This document shows positions 24,515 through 32,000 of a stretch of DNA of 32,000 nt, piece by piece. Each line of letters opens with the position of its first letter. Positions within the stretch are counted from its first letter, which is position 1. The translations under genes were made by a program, and so were the position numbers. The stretch covers positions 2,850,001 to 2,882,000 of the forward strand of contig NZ_LT549890.1 in assembly GCF_900079115.1 (NCBI RefSeq). Direction: 5' to 3'. Source of the stretch: Saccharolobus solfataricus. GTDB lineage: Archaea; Thermoproteota; Thermoprotei_A; Sulfolobales; Sulfolobaceae. Below the pieces are notes generated by a model, which saw only the letters and a list, made by a program, of their open reading frames with translations, did not search any database and was not told the DNA's origin.

Positions 24515-25687
24515 GGGAGTGTTCTCATGCAGTCATCTTATTCGATATCATATAGTAAAATTAAATCAGGCTAGAAATTTTCACAATTAGTCGTTTCGAT
24601 CGAGATGCAGCCAATGAATTAGAACATGAAAACAGCCTCTGAAAAAGCTTATGTGCGAGGGTTGCGAGATTTTTTGTGAGGGTTACCAGGATGAACCTCG
24701 TAACCCTCGCACAATTAATACTTATGATTCTAAGAAATTTAAATCTTAAGCCGAGAAAGTACGAGCTAAAGGATATTGCATTAGCATTAGCAGCCTACTC
24801 CTTGGGAGTTCAAATCACGAAAACGGGAATCCCACCATCAACCCTATACTACTATTTGAGGAAAGTAGGGATAAGGAGGAGAAGAGAAAGCAGACCAACA
24901 TGCCCATCATGTAACTCTAACAGAGTAGTGAAGAACGGCTCATCTAGAGGGAAAGCAAAATACAAGTGTAAAGCATGTGGAAAGACGTTTTACGACGTCA
25001 CAAGTCATAGAATGGATAGGGAACAGAGGGAGAGAATCTTAAAGGAGTACTTGAACAGGATGAGCATGAGGGCAATATCAAGAGTTGAAGGTAAACCATT
25101 GACTACTGTTTACAGCCTAGTGAGGAGGATTGGGATAAGGGCCTTTACGAATCTAACGATCTTGAAGGGTGAGCTCAAGAATTTCACAGCTAAGTCTACG
25201 GTGTTTGACGAGTTCTGGACTTATTTCCGTGTTAGGCATGGGGTGATGAGGGAGGATTTGTGGATTTGGACTGCTCTTGCTGATGGTGTGCCTTTCTATG
25301 AGTTTGGGGATAGGAGTTATGGGACTTTTCGTTATCTCTTGGGTTGGTTACCTAGGAGTGAGGTAAACTATACTGACTACTATTGTGTTTATCAAGTTCT
25401 CGATAATCGTGTAGCGGGTAAGAAGTATACTTATCTTGTGGAGAGCCATAATTCTTGGTGTAGGTCTCATTTGGCGAGGCTGGCTAGGGATACTAAAGCT
25501 GTTACTAGGAGTGGGAGGATGACGGAGTACAGTTTGGCCTTGTTGAATGTAATGTACCCTCACGTATTCTCAAGGGAGAGAACTCCCTTAAATGAGGCAT
25601 ACTTGAAGGGAGTACAGTATATTAGAGAAAACTTGATATAATTTTACTATATGATATCGAATAAGATGACTGCATGAGAACACTCCC
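24515..25687 (+). mobile_element. ISC1173-type insertion sequence, exactly 1173 bp
   Basis: Near-perfect terminal IRs of about 45-49 bp (GGGAGTGTTCTCATGCAGTCATCTTATTCGATATCATATAGTAAAATTA...), an 8-bp TSD and a single transposase ORF. Confidence 0.9.
24676..25641 (+). CDS. transposase of ISC1173, with an N-terminal C2C2 zinc finger and an IS1-like catalytic region
   Basis: CPSCNSNRVVKNG...KYKCKACGKTF zinc finger. The ..FDEFWTYF....LWIWTALAD....GDRS.. region resembles IS1-type transposases. The real start may be ATG 24691 (MNLVTLAQ..). Confidence 0.85.
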   Translation: MRVTRMNLVTLAQLILMILRNLNLKPRKYELKDIALALAAYSLGVQITKTGIPPSTLYYYLRKVGIRRRRESRPTCPSCNSNRVVKNGSSRGKAKYKCKACGKTFYDVTSHRMDREQRERILKEYLNRMSMRAISRVEGKPLTTVYSLVRRIGIRAFTNLTILKGELKNFTAKSTVFDEFWTYFRVRHGVMREDLWIWTALADGVPFYEFGDRSYGTFRYLLGWLPRSEVNYTDYYCVYQVLDNRVAGKKYTYLVESHNSWCRSHLARLARDTKAVTRSGRMTEYSLALLNVMYPHVFSRERTPLNEAYLKGVQYIRENLI

Positions 25688-25695
25688 AATACGTG
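25688..25695. repeat. right copy of the 8-bp TSD AATACGTG of ISC1173
   Basis: Identical to 24507-24514. Its last 4 nt (CGTG) are the first 4 nt of the ISC1234 left IR. Confidence 0.85.
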
Positions 25696-26925
25696 AGAGT
25701 GTCCGGAATGTAAAAAATTGAATTTTTATTGGCAAGAATAAATTGGTTTCTAGTATTATCTTGGATTAAATTGGAGTAACACTTAAGTTATGGGAGTAGA
25801 GGGTAGTACCATGGCAAGAACATTAAGACACATACCAAACCTGATGTACTACCCTCTTCCCCCAATAGAGGATATGCCGTGGAGGGAAAAATGGTTAACG
25901 GAGATCAAGCCCGTGCTGGACACCATGGATTTGGAGAGGGTTCTGGGCGAGGGTGCGCTGGTTTACCTGAAGTTGTTAATCGTCATGGTGCTCTACTCTT
26001 GCTCCTATAGGGACGCGGTGAAAATGGTCAACGTGAACGTGGTCGTGGCCTGGTTCGTGGGGAGGAAGGTGGGGAAGAGCACGCTGCACGACTTCGTGGG
26101 CAGGTTGTACGGGGTGAGGAAGAAGTTGTTGGAGATTTCCTTCAAGCTTGAGGAGAAGTGCCTACCCAGTTACCTCCCTGCGAGCGCGCATCTCGTGGAC
26201 TTCATGGCGTGGCTAGTGGACTCCTTCCTACTGGACTTACCTCCTGGGAAGAGGAGCGTGGAGACCTTTCGGGAGAAGGCGGAGCTGGAGAGGAGGGAAG
26301 GTAACCTGGAGAGGGCCAGGAAGCTGCTCTCCCTGGGGAGAACCAAGAGGAGGTTCGAGGGAAGGTGGACCAAGAAGAGAGGGGTCTCGCACTACGGGCT
26401 CAAGGCAGTGGCCGTGATCTCCGTCTCCCTCTTCGTGAGGTCCATCACGGTGAAGCCAGCCAACTTCTCGGACAAGAGGTTCAAGTCACCGCTCAAGGGG
26501 ATTAAGATCGCGGACAGGGGATTCTCTCCCTCCCCGACACAGCTCATAGCGCGGGAGAAGCCCTTCACTACCCTGAGGGCCCACGTGGAGTTCTTCGGCA
26601 CCTACCTGAACGCGTTCTGGAGGCCCTACGGGACCACGACCTGGAGGAACGACGTCTTCCTTCACGTCCTGGGAGTGATCTACAACATCAAGATGTTCCT
26701 CGCGATCCAACGGAGGACTCCTCCAGGACGTAGAGCCGTTCAGCTCTGAGACGCGCCTCCTCGCGATCAGGCAACGCTATGCGCGATAGGTAAATCCTCT
26801 CGTCTTGATATTTTTCCATTATAAAGTTTTTCTCGGTTATCCGGGTTTCACCCTTCTGGCAATATTAATATTTATCATTCTGTTTATCTATTCGTTCAGA
26901 TAATTACATTCCGGACACTCTCACG
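25692..26925 (+). mobile_element. ISC1234-type insertion sequence, exactly 1234 bp
   Basis: Perfect terminal IRs of about 22 bp (CGTGAGAGTGTCCGGAATGTAA at the left end, reverse complement at 26904-26925), flanked by TA on both sides. It has a single GC-rich 319-aa ORF. Confidence 0.85.
25790..26749 (+). CDS. transposase of ISC1234 (family recalled as IS5; not verified)
   Basis: It is the only long ORF in the IR-bounded element and is strongly GC3-biased. I could not recognise catalytic motifs with confidence by eye. Confidence 0.7.
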   Translation: MGVEGSTMARTLRHIPNLMYYPLPPIEDMPWREKWLTEIKPVLDTMDLERVLGEGALVYLKLLIVMVLYSCSYRDAVKMVNVNVVVAWFVGRKVGKSTLHDFVGRLYGVRKKLLEISFKLEEKCLPSYLPASAHLVDFMAWLVDSFLLDLPPGKRSVETFREKAELERREGNLERARKLLSLGRTKRRFEGRWTKKRGVSHYGLKAVAVISVSLFVRSITVKPANFSDKRFKSPLKGIKIADRGFSPSPTQLIAREKPFTTLRAHVEFFGTYLNAFWRPYGTTTWRNDVFLHVLGVIYNIKMFLAIQRRTPPGRRAVQL

Positions 26926-27205
26926 TAACAGAAGTTCATAATTAACCTCAATTAATCTCTCGTCATCAAGTTTGATTATCAACGTATCCCTAGGATCAAT
27001 TCCTTGAGAAATCAGTTTCCTCAGGACTTGGAAAGCTATGGTAGATTTACCGCTTCTCCTTATTCCAGATATTGCAATAACGTTAACTCCCTTAAGCAGA
27101 GAGAGAATACGATTTACATAGTCTTCTCTCTATCCATGTTTTATTAAACCTTCCCCAGTAGTTCCAGTCTGTCATGATTTCAAGGAGTTCCTCTTCCACT
27201 AACAT
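26926..27205 (-). pseudogene. AAA_14/DUF4143-type archaeal ATPase, frameshifted and truncated by ISC1234
   Basis: MLVEEELLEIMTDWNYWGRFNKTWIER is followed by a frameshift near 27135. The sequence then reads EDYVNRILSLLKGVNVIAISGIRRSGKSTIAFQVLRKLISQGIDPRDTLIIKLDDERLIEVNYELLL (Walker A GIRRSGKST). It ends abruptly at the IS junction. Confidence 0.6.
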
Positions 27206-27290
27206 TAATATATAGTTGGAAAATTGGTAATTAAATCTTGTCTTGTATGACAAACGTAACTTTCTAGACTCTTTTGTCGTAGCCAAACCC

Positions 27291-27612
27291 TTTATCTTTA
27301 TCGGGGGTTCAAAGGGGGCGGAAGACCCTTTCCGTGAGGGATGGATAGCCCCTTTGTATAAGAAATATCTGTTTTCATCAAATATGTTGATGACAGTCAT
27401 CGACGGGGCAAGCGTCACCGAGACACCTTGGTTAAAGCGAGGGTCAATGAGGTACGCCTCTGTCCTAACCAGTAACGCTAATGGCGTCATGTTTAATGCG
27501 GGGTGGGAGCCACCCTTAGTGCTTGTGGAACTCCGCCTCTACCAGTACTGATGTACTGGCAAGGTGGGGTTATGAAGCAGGAAGCCATGTCCGTTAGGGT
27601 AGGATAGCTCAC
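27291..27612 (-). mobile_element. GC-rich ~322-bp non-coding element (locus B), inverted paralogue of 20151-20465
   Basis: It shares both end points with locus A. The terminal module (plus strand 27301-27352, GGGGGTTCAAAGGGGGCGGAAGACCCTTTCCGTGAGGGATGGATAGCCCC) is highly similar by eye to the reverse complement of 20401-20455. The interior is diverged but alignable (shared TTCCTGCTTC and GGCGGAG(G)TTCCA blocks). Translation gives ..RRSSTSTKGGSHP.., resembling a degraded TnpB TSxxCxxCG region. Confidence 0.5.
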
Positions 27613-27979
27613 ATAACGATTGCTAGATCCAATACGTCGTATAGTTGATTACAATACTTTAGAGATGGTTATTCAATCTCATTACCATCAATTATTAGTT
27701 TTAAATAGGTTAATGATATCGATGCTAGTTCTCTATCGGTGATAATATATGTTATTGGGGTTTGGACTTCGTAGGATTTCATGAATTTGTGGCTAATCCA
27801 TGAAGTTTTAAAATTACTATATTTTAATTGGTGTAGTACGTTGATTGGAAGCAGAAGCTTGCTTCTTATCTTTTTACTTTTTCCTTGCTTTATGTCTTCT
27901 TTTTAAATACATAAATGGCAAAATTCTGAAATAAATAGAAAGGGAAAAACATTTAACTACAGATTTAGAAGAATATCAT

Positions 27980-28645
27980 GTGATAAAAAGTTATAGTGTA
28001 CTATTATCCCATGAAGACTGGAGTTTACTAACCGACAAGTTTAATGAGGAAGAGTTAAGAGTGCTGATGAAAGTTCGTACGCCATCATTAGAAAAGATGG
28101 AGGAGAATATAATAGCTGAAGCTTATGTAAGAGATCCTTTGATACTTAATGAACTAATTAACATAATTAAGTCCAATAATAGGGTGATCAGAGTTAAAAT
28201 TATTGAAAACGTTAGGACTAAGAATGAGTTAAGGGCTTTAATATTGTTGTCGGCTAAGCTAAGGGGAGGAATTAGTGAACTCTTGATGAATAAGGGGGCC
28301 TACTATATCTCTGAACGGATTTCAAATGGGTTAGAAAAATGGTCTTTAGTAATAGAGGATAAGGTATTTAGAGAAATAATATTACCCACCTTGAGGGAGA
28401 ATACTTACAGTTTAAAGATTATTGAGAGAAATGATGGGAATTTGCTTTCTGTAAAGAATTTGCTCACAAGTAAGGAGTATGAAATCATGTATAAGGCGTA
28501 TAAGATGGGATATTTCGATTGGCCTAAAAAAGTGGATTTGAAGGAATTATCAGAGGAACTAGGGATAAGTAAGGCAGCTACGTTACAGGCTTTAAGAAGG
28601 GCAATGGGCAAATTAATTAGGAATTATGTAGATAATTTGACTTAA
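27980..28645 (+). CDS. HTH_10 / Bat-like (COG3413-type) transcriptional regulator, paralogue of 7547-8284
   Basis: C-terminus LTSKEYEIMYKAYKMGYFDWPKKVDLKELSEELGISKAATLQALRRAMGKL. The N-terminal ..LLSHEDWSLL.. corresponds to the HxxCW motif. The start codon is GTG. Confidence 0.75.
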   Translation: MIKSYSVLLSHEDWSLLTDKFNEEELRVLMKVRTPSLEKMEENIIAEAYVRDPLILNELINIIKSNNRVIRVKIIENVRTKNELRALILLSAKLRGGISELLMNKGAYYISERISNGLEKWSLVIEDKVFREIILPTLRENTYSLKIIERNDGNLLSVKNLLTSKEYEIMYKAYKMGYFDWPKKVDLKELSEELGISKAATLQALRRAMGKLIRNYVDNLT

Positions 28646-29025
28646 AACTGATTGTTTTTTCTCTTCTTGAATCTAATTATCTCTAGTACAATCCCTACTA
28701 TTATAAGGGAGATTCCTACTGCAAGATAGTATTGATTGTAAAAAATCTTGTACCCCTCTAACAAGATAGTAGCGTTACCAACTCCATATAATACTGAGGA
28801 CGGTTTAATGGTAATACTTCCCCTTACTAGCAATATATACGTATAGTTATGATATACTATGAGAAAACTTCCACTACTTACACTAACTTTTGCCCTTTCA
28901 TACCACGGAGGGATTATATACATACTACTATTGTTCACGTGTAATGTAGTGTTTAGGGGAAACGTTATTTCTCCTAACACTAATATTAAAATACCTATTG
29001 ACAACAAATATATGCCTACTCTCAT
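28642..29025 (-). CDS. bitopic membrane protein (N- and C-terminal TM around a beta-rich exposed domain), function unknown
   Basis: 127-aa ORF. Its start overlaps the stop of the upstream membrane-protein gene by 1 nt, and it is the last gene of the co-directional cluster. Confidence 0.55.
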   Translation of the reverse strand: MRVGIYLLSIGILILVLGEITFPLNTTLHVNNSSMYIIPPWYERAKVSVSSGSFLIVYHNYTYILLVRGSITIKPSSVLYGVGNATILLEGYKIFYNQYYLAVGISLIIVGIVLEIIRFKKRKNNQF

Positions 29026-29642
29026 TATATCTGCACCTTTCTAAAGGCGTAATATGCTAGATAACCCAAAACTAGATCTAGAGGTAAAAGGTAATTAAAT
29101 ATAAACATATACCCTATTATTTCTATTCCGAGAACGAGGAAGATTAGGCTTATGCTCATGAAGAAGCTTCTAAAGGGTCTTTTAGTCAATATTGCAATTA
29201 TGTAAGATGAGTTGCAGAGGAATAAGTATTCAGATAAGAAAATATTTATCCATGTAAATGATGAATTAAATGAGGATAGGAGAAATATCAATTCTGAAAT
29301 TAAAACAAATAGTCCACCTATTAATAAAACGTCAATGAAGTATGATAGGAGAAATATTGTCTTCCTGCCCCTCATTTGCAAAAACGATATTATCGTTCCA
29401 TCATATAGATCTTGTCCCATTCCTAGACTTATATTCTTTATAACCAGTATGGATAATATTATACCTATTGTAAACGTAATTATATCGAACAAGAGTTGGT
29501 CGACACTTGCATTTCTAGTCTGGGGATGAAAGAAATTAAATGAAGCTACTACACTAACGCTTAAAGCTACTTCTAAGTCAATATACGAGAGTAATCCATA
29601 TTCCCCATATCGATGCTTTATTAGGAAAGTGATTACTCCCAA
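29025..29642 (-). CDS. polytopic membrane protein, probable permease partner of the adjacent ABC ATPase
   Basis: 205 aa, about 5-6 TM. It has a 10-nt overlap with the ATPase gene. No recognisable family motif. Confidence 0.6.
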   Translation of the reverse strand: MGVITFLIKHRYGEYGLLSYIDLEVALSVSVVASFNFFHPQTRNASVDQLLFDIITFTIGIILSILVIKNISLGMGQDLYDGTIISFLQMRGRKTIFLLSYFIDVLLIGGLFVLISELIFLLSSFNSSFTWINIFLSEYLFLCNSSYIIAILTKRPFRSFFMSISLIFLVLGIEIIGYMFIFNYLLPLDLVLGYLAYYAFRKVQI

Positions 29643-30508
29643 CCAGTCTCCCCTTTGATACTTTTATCTATTATAGAATTTCTCACGTAAAATATTCTTA
29701 CACCAGCGTTTGATAAGAGTTTCGAAATTTCAGCCAGGTTACCCGAAACCCTTATCTGATTGCCTATGACTTCTATCTTCCTATCCTTTAATGTCTCTAA
29801 AGCTTTACCTATGTTATCAACCACTATGTAAAACTCTTCTAGAAAATTATTTCTTAGTAGCTTTTCTACTTTACCGAAGAATTTCATAATACCATTGTTT
29901 ATTGCCAGGACGTGAGTTGAAAATGCTAAAATTTCTGCCGGTATATGGGATGAGATTAGTACAGTTAAGCCCATCTTTTCCCTTAACACTGCAAAAGTAT
30001 TGTAGACTTCATATCGTGATGTTATATCCAGGTTGGCTGTAGGCTCATCTGCTATAATTATTTCTGGATTTTTCATTAAAGAAAAAACTACCTGTAATTT
30101 CTGTTTAGTACCAGCTGAAAGTTCTCTAACTTTATTTTTCATAAAGTGTAACAAATTAAAGTCCTCTAATAACCTTTTGGCATCGCTAAGAGGATAATTA
30201 AATTCACTGGAGACTTCCTTTACTATGTCAATTACAGTGAGGTATTGTGGTAAAAATGGCTTATCCAAAATTATACCAACTTTTCTCGCTATTTTATTAC
30301 TATTCCAAGGATCCTCTCCTAAAACACTTATATAGCCAGAGGTCCTATTTATTAGCCCACCAATTATCTTAAGTAGTGTCGACTTACCAGCACCATTAGG
30401 ACCCATCACCAAGGTTATACTCCTATCCTCTATGGAGAATGTAAGGCCATGGAGTACCTCAATATCACCATACCTCTTTGTTAGATTGTCTGCTTCAATC
30501 ACGCCCAT
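29633..30508 (-). CDS. ABC transporter ATP-binding protein (ABC-2/CcmA-like)
   Basis: 291 aa. Walker A GPNGAGKST, signature LSAGTKQK, Walker B IIIADEPTANLD, H-loop SSH. Confidence 0.9.
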   Translation of the reverse strand: MGVIEADNLTKRYGDIEVLHGLTFSIEDRSITLVMGPNGAGKSTLLKIIGGLINRTSGYISVLGEDPWNSNKIARKVGIILDKPFLPQYLTVIDIVKEVSSEFNYPLSDAKRLLEDFNLLHFMKNKVRELSAGTKQKLQVVFSLMKNPEIIIADEPTANLDITSRYEVYNTFAVLREKMGLTVLISSHIPAEILAFSTHVLAINNGIMKFFGKVEKLLRNNFLEEFYIVVDNIGKALETLKDRKIEVIGNQIRVSGNLAEISKLLSNAGVRIFYVRNSIIDKSIKGETGWE

Positions 30509-30542
30509 ATCACGAAATACGTTATTAACACTAAAAAACTTT

Positions 30543-30905
30543 TTAAAAGACTAATGTGGCTTTAGCCTCGGAACTCCTTAATGCGAATTCAGAAACACCG
30601 CTTACCTTAACCTTATCCAACAGCCTTTCATGATCAACGTTCTTAACTTTCATTCCAAATTCACATGCTGTAAGTTCTATGTCATCTCCTCCTAATTCTA
30701 TCAGATTTTCATAGTAATATGATAATGGCTTTACGTTAGGTAGCTGTATTTTCTCTATTTCCTTTGTTACTCCCCTTAATCCATCCATAGTGAAGAACAT
30801 ATATACTTTATTTCCAGAAGAGGCGTAACCTATTGCAGTTATATAGGCCATATAGAGTTTCTCGGCTTCTCCAGATATTACCATTATTGCATATAAATCG
30901 CTCAT
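30543..30905 (-). CDS. DsrE/DrsE_2-like sulfur-relay family protein
   Basis: 120 aa. It has a Rossmann-like small-protein pattern (MVISGEAEKLYMAYITA...MFFTMDG..) with a conserved Cys context ..ELTACEFGM.. typical of DsrE-like proteins. Confidence 0.65.
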   Translation of the reverse strand: MSDLYAIMVISGEAEKLYMAYITAIGYASSGNKVYMFFTMDGLRGVTKEIEKIQLPNVKPLSYYYENLIELGGDDIELTACEFGMKVKNVDHERLLDKVKVSGVSEFALRSSEAKATLVF

Positions 30906-31189
30906 TCCTTATTCGCCTCCTCCAATTCTCTAACCGTCTTAACTAGATTATACCAGAAGAATATGAGTCCCAAATAAACTACTATGTAACAAATGTATCT
31001 AGTTACCTCTATATATCCTTGCAATTGGGATGGGAACACATAAGCTGAAAATACACCGTTTTCTAACGCTACATTATTATTAGGGACTATATATTGCACA
31101 GAGAATTCATACCAACCTATTGCAAATAAACTTACTATTAAGGGTGACAATAGTCTCCTAATAATTGGCAAGAAAATCATCATAACCAC
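30902..31189 (-). CDS. small two-TM membrane protein, function unknown
   Basis: 95-aa ORF that overlaps both neighbours (10 nt and 4 nt), suggesting translational coupling. Confidence 0.5.
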   Translation of the reverse strand: MVMMIFLPIIRRLLSPLIVSLFAIGWYEFSVQYIVPNNNVALENGVFSAYVFPSQLQGYIEVTRYICYIVVYLGLIFFWYNLVKTVRELEEANKE

Positions 31190-32000
31190 CTTTCTTGGAC
31201 TTTAACCGCTAAATAAACTCCTAACAACATTCCGAATAGGAATATGATACCGTCATAACCTAATTGAGCGAAATTGGTCCACATCAATCCTACATTGCAT
31301 CCGAGAGCCATCCTAACACCTATACCAACTAACATTCCTCCTCCAAACCCTATCAGCAATCTACTCTTATTCCTAGGTATTCGTATTTTGAAGTCGCCAC
31401 TTAAATACGATGCCGAGAAAGCTCCAATACACAACATTATTACCATTAGCGTACTGGGGTCTATGATTGGTAGCGAATCGTTAAACCATGGTGTGTTTAG
31501 AAATAACTTGACATTTCCTAACATTAACAAGTACTCGAAGAACCTACCGCCGTCAGATGAGGTTATCACAAGGTAATTGAAGGTATATCCAGCACCAACT
31601 ATGAAAACTAAAAGCAAATCTAATGCTAATATTATCGTAGTTAAATTAGTTCCATATGGTTTTCTTAAAAGTATCAAATCTTTAATTTCCTTGGTTAACG
31701 ATACCTTTTCTTCTCCAGATGTGCTTAGGTTTTGATTATAATACGCTCTCGCAGTAGGTAAATTAATGCTTAGACCAGATGAGATTGCCCATTTTCTCTT
31801 AGTGTACTGTTGTAAGTATATTCCAATGAATATTAGCGGTAGACTAACTACTAGCGTGGTTATATAGATTGACATATTTGAAATGGAGTGAAATATAAGA
31901 TAAGGTAAGTATTCTACATATCCTCCGTTAATAGTAGATAAAATTCCATTCGTCATTGTGTATAGCTGGAAAGGCCATATGCCTATGGCAAATACGTAAG
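31180..32000 (-). CDS. YeeE/YedE-family sulfur-compound transporter-like membrane protein (5' end probably outside the window)
   Basis: Polytopic, with C-terminal ..GVRMALGCNVGLMW.. (the GCxxG motif of YeeE/YedE). The frame stays open upstream of ATG 31956 to the window edge (..YVFAIGIWPFQLYT-M..). Confidence 0.65.
   Translation of the reverse strand, partial: YVFAIGIWPFQLYTMTNGILSTINGGYVEYLPYLIFHSISNMSIYITTLVVSLPLIFIGIYLQQYTKRKWAISSGLSINLPTARAYYNQNLSTSGEEKVSLTKEIKDLILLRKPYGTNLTTIILALDLLLVFIVGAGYTFNYLVITSSDGGRFFEYLLMLGNVKLFLNTPWFNDSLPIIDPSTLMVIMLCIGAFSASYLSGDFKIRIPRNKSRLLIGFGGGMLVGIGVRMALGCNVGLMWTNFAQLGYDGIIFLFGMLLGVYLAVKVQERWL

Noticed and set aside
27092-27551. 132-aa (minus) and 102-aa (plus) ORFs from the track as real protein genes.
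   Set aside because: Both run through the non-coding GC-rich element B. The minus ORF is a fusion of element read-through with the true start (MLVEEELLEIM.., 27205) of the ATPase pseudogene. Neither shows a recognisable motif.
27690-27905. Minus-strand open frame ..KLLLPINVLHQLKYSNFKTSWISHKFMKSYEVQTPITYIITDRELASISLTYLKLIIDGNEIE*, with only a 37-aa ATG-initiated part, as a gene remnant.
   Set aside because: There is no start codon for most of it and no motif I can assign. It is possibly debris of another disrupted gene but cannot be supported.
1-32000. Scan for CRISPR arrays, tRNA, rRNA and C/D-box sRNAs.
   Set aside because: No regularly spaced direct repeats were seen, no tRNA-like acceptor or T-arm sequences, and no rRNA-like segments. 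The RUGAUGA...CUGA pairs seen were inside CDSs or too far apart. This was a by-eye scan only, so small RNAs cannot be excluded.

Overview
AT-rich crenarchaeal chromosomal segment. It is almost certainly Saccharolobus (Sulfolobus) solfataricus, P2-like. The evidence is the interrupted alpha-L-fucosidase gene fucA1 with its A-AAA-AAT -1 frameshift site, the araS-type arabinose ABC transporter operon, and insertion sequences whose measured lengths are exactly 1058, 1173 and 1234 bp (the ISC1058/ISC1173/ISC1234 naming convention). Content falls into five groups. (i) A decaying Dpp/Opp-class ABC transporter: fused ATPase and two permeases, no binding protein, and an IS in the divergent promoter. 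(ii) A carbohydrate block: fucA1, a Bat/HTH_10-type regulator, a frameshifted nucleoside hydrolase pseudogene, an acyl-CoA synthetase, araSTUV, a cyclase-family gene and a DHDPS/NAL-family aldolase gene. (iii) Transporters: ZIP, ABC-2 exporter, EamA. (iv) An IS graveyard at about 23.8-27.7 kb: an ISC1173-derived MITE inside an AbrB-like gene, ISC1173 inserted into the tip of ISC1234, and a truncated AAA ATPase. (v) A co-directional YeeE/YedE - small membrane protein - DsrE-like - ABC ATPase - two membrane proteins cluster, next to a second HTH_10 regulator. The least explained signal is a family of GC-rich, structured non-coding modules at four loci. Two of them are discrete ~315-322 bp elements with shared ends. 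One sits directly after a tnpB (IS200/IS605 OrfB) 3' remnant that is itself split by an IS110-family element. I interpret these as TnpB-less IS200/IS605-derived elements, possibly omegaRNA-like RNAs, but this needs homology and covariance searches. No rRNA, tRNA or CRISPR array was seen. All calls are by-eye motif recognition; no database search was run.
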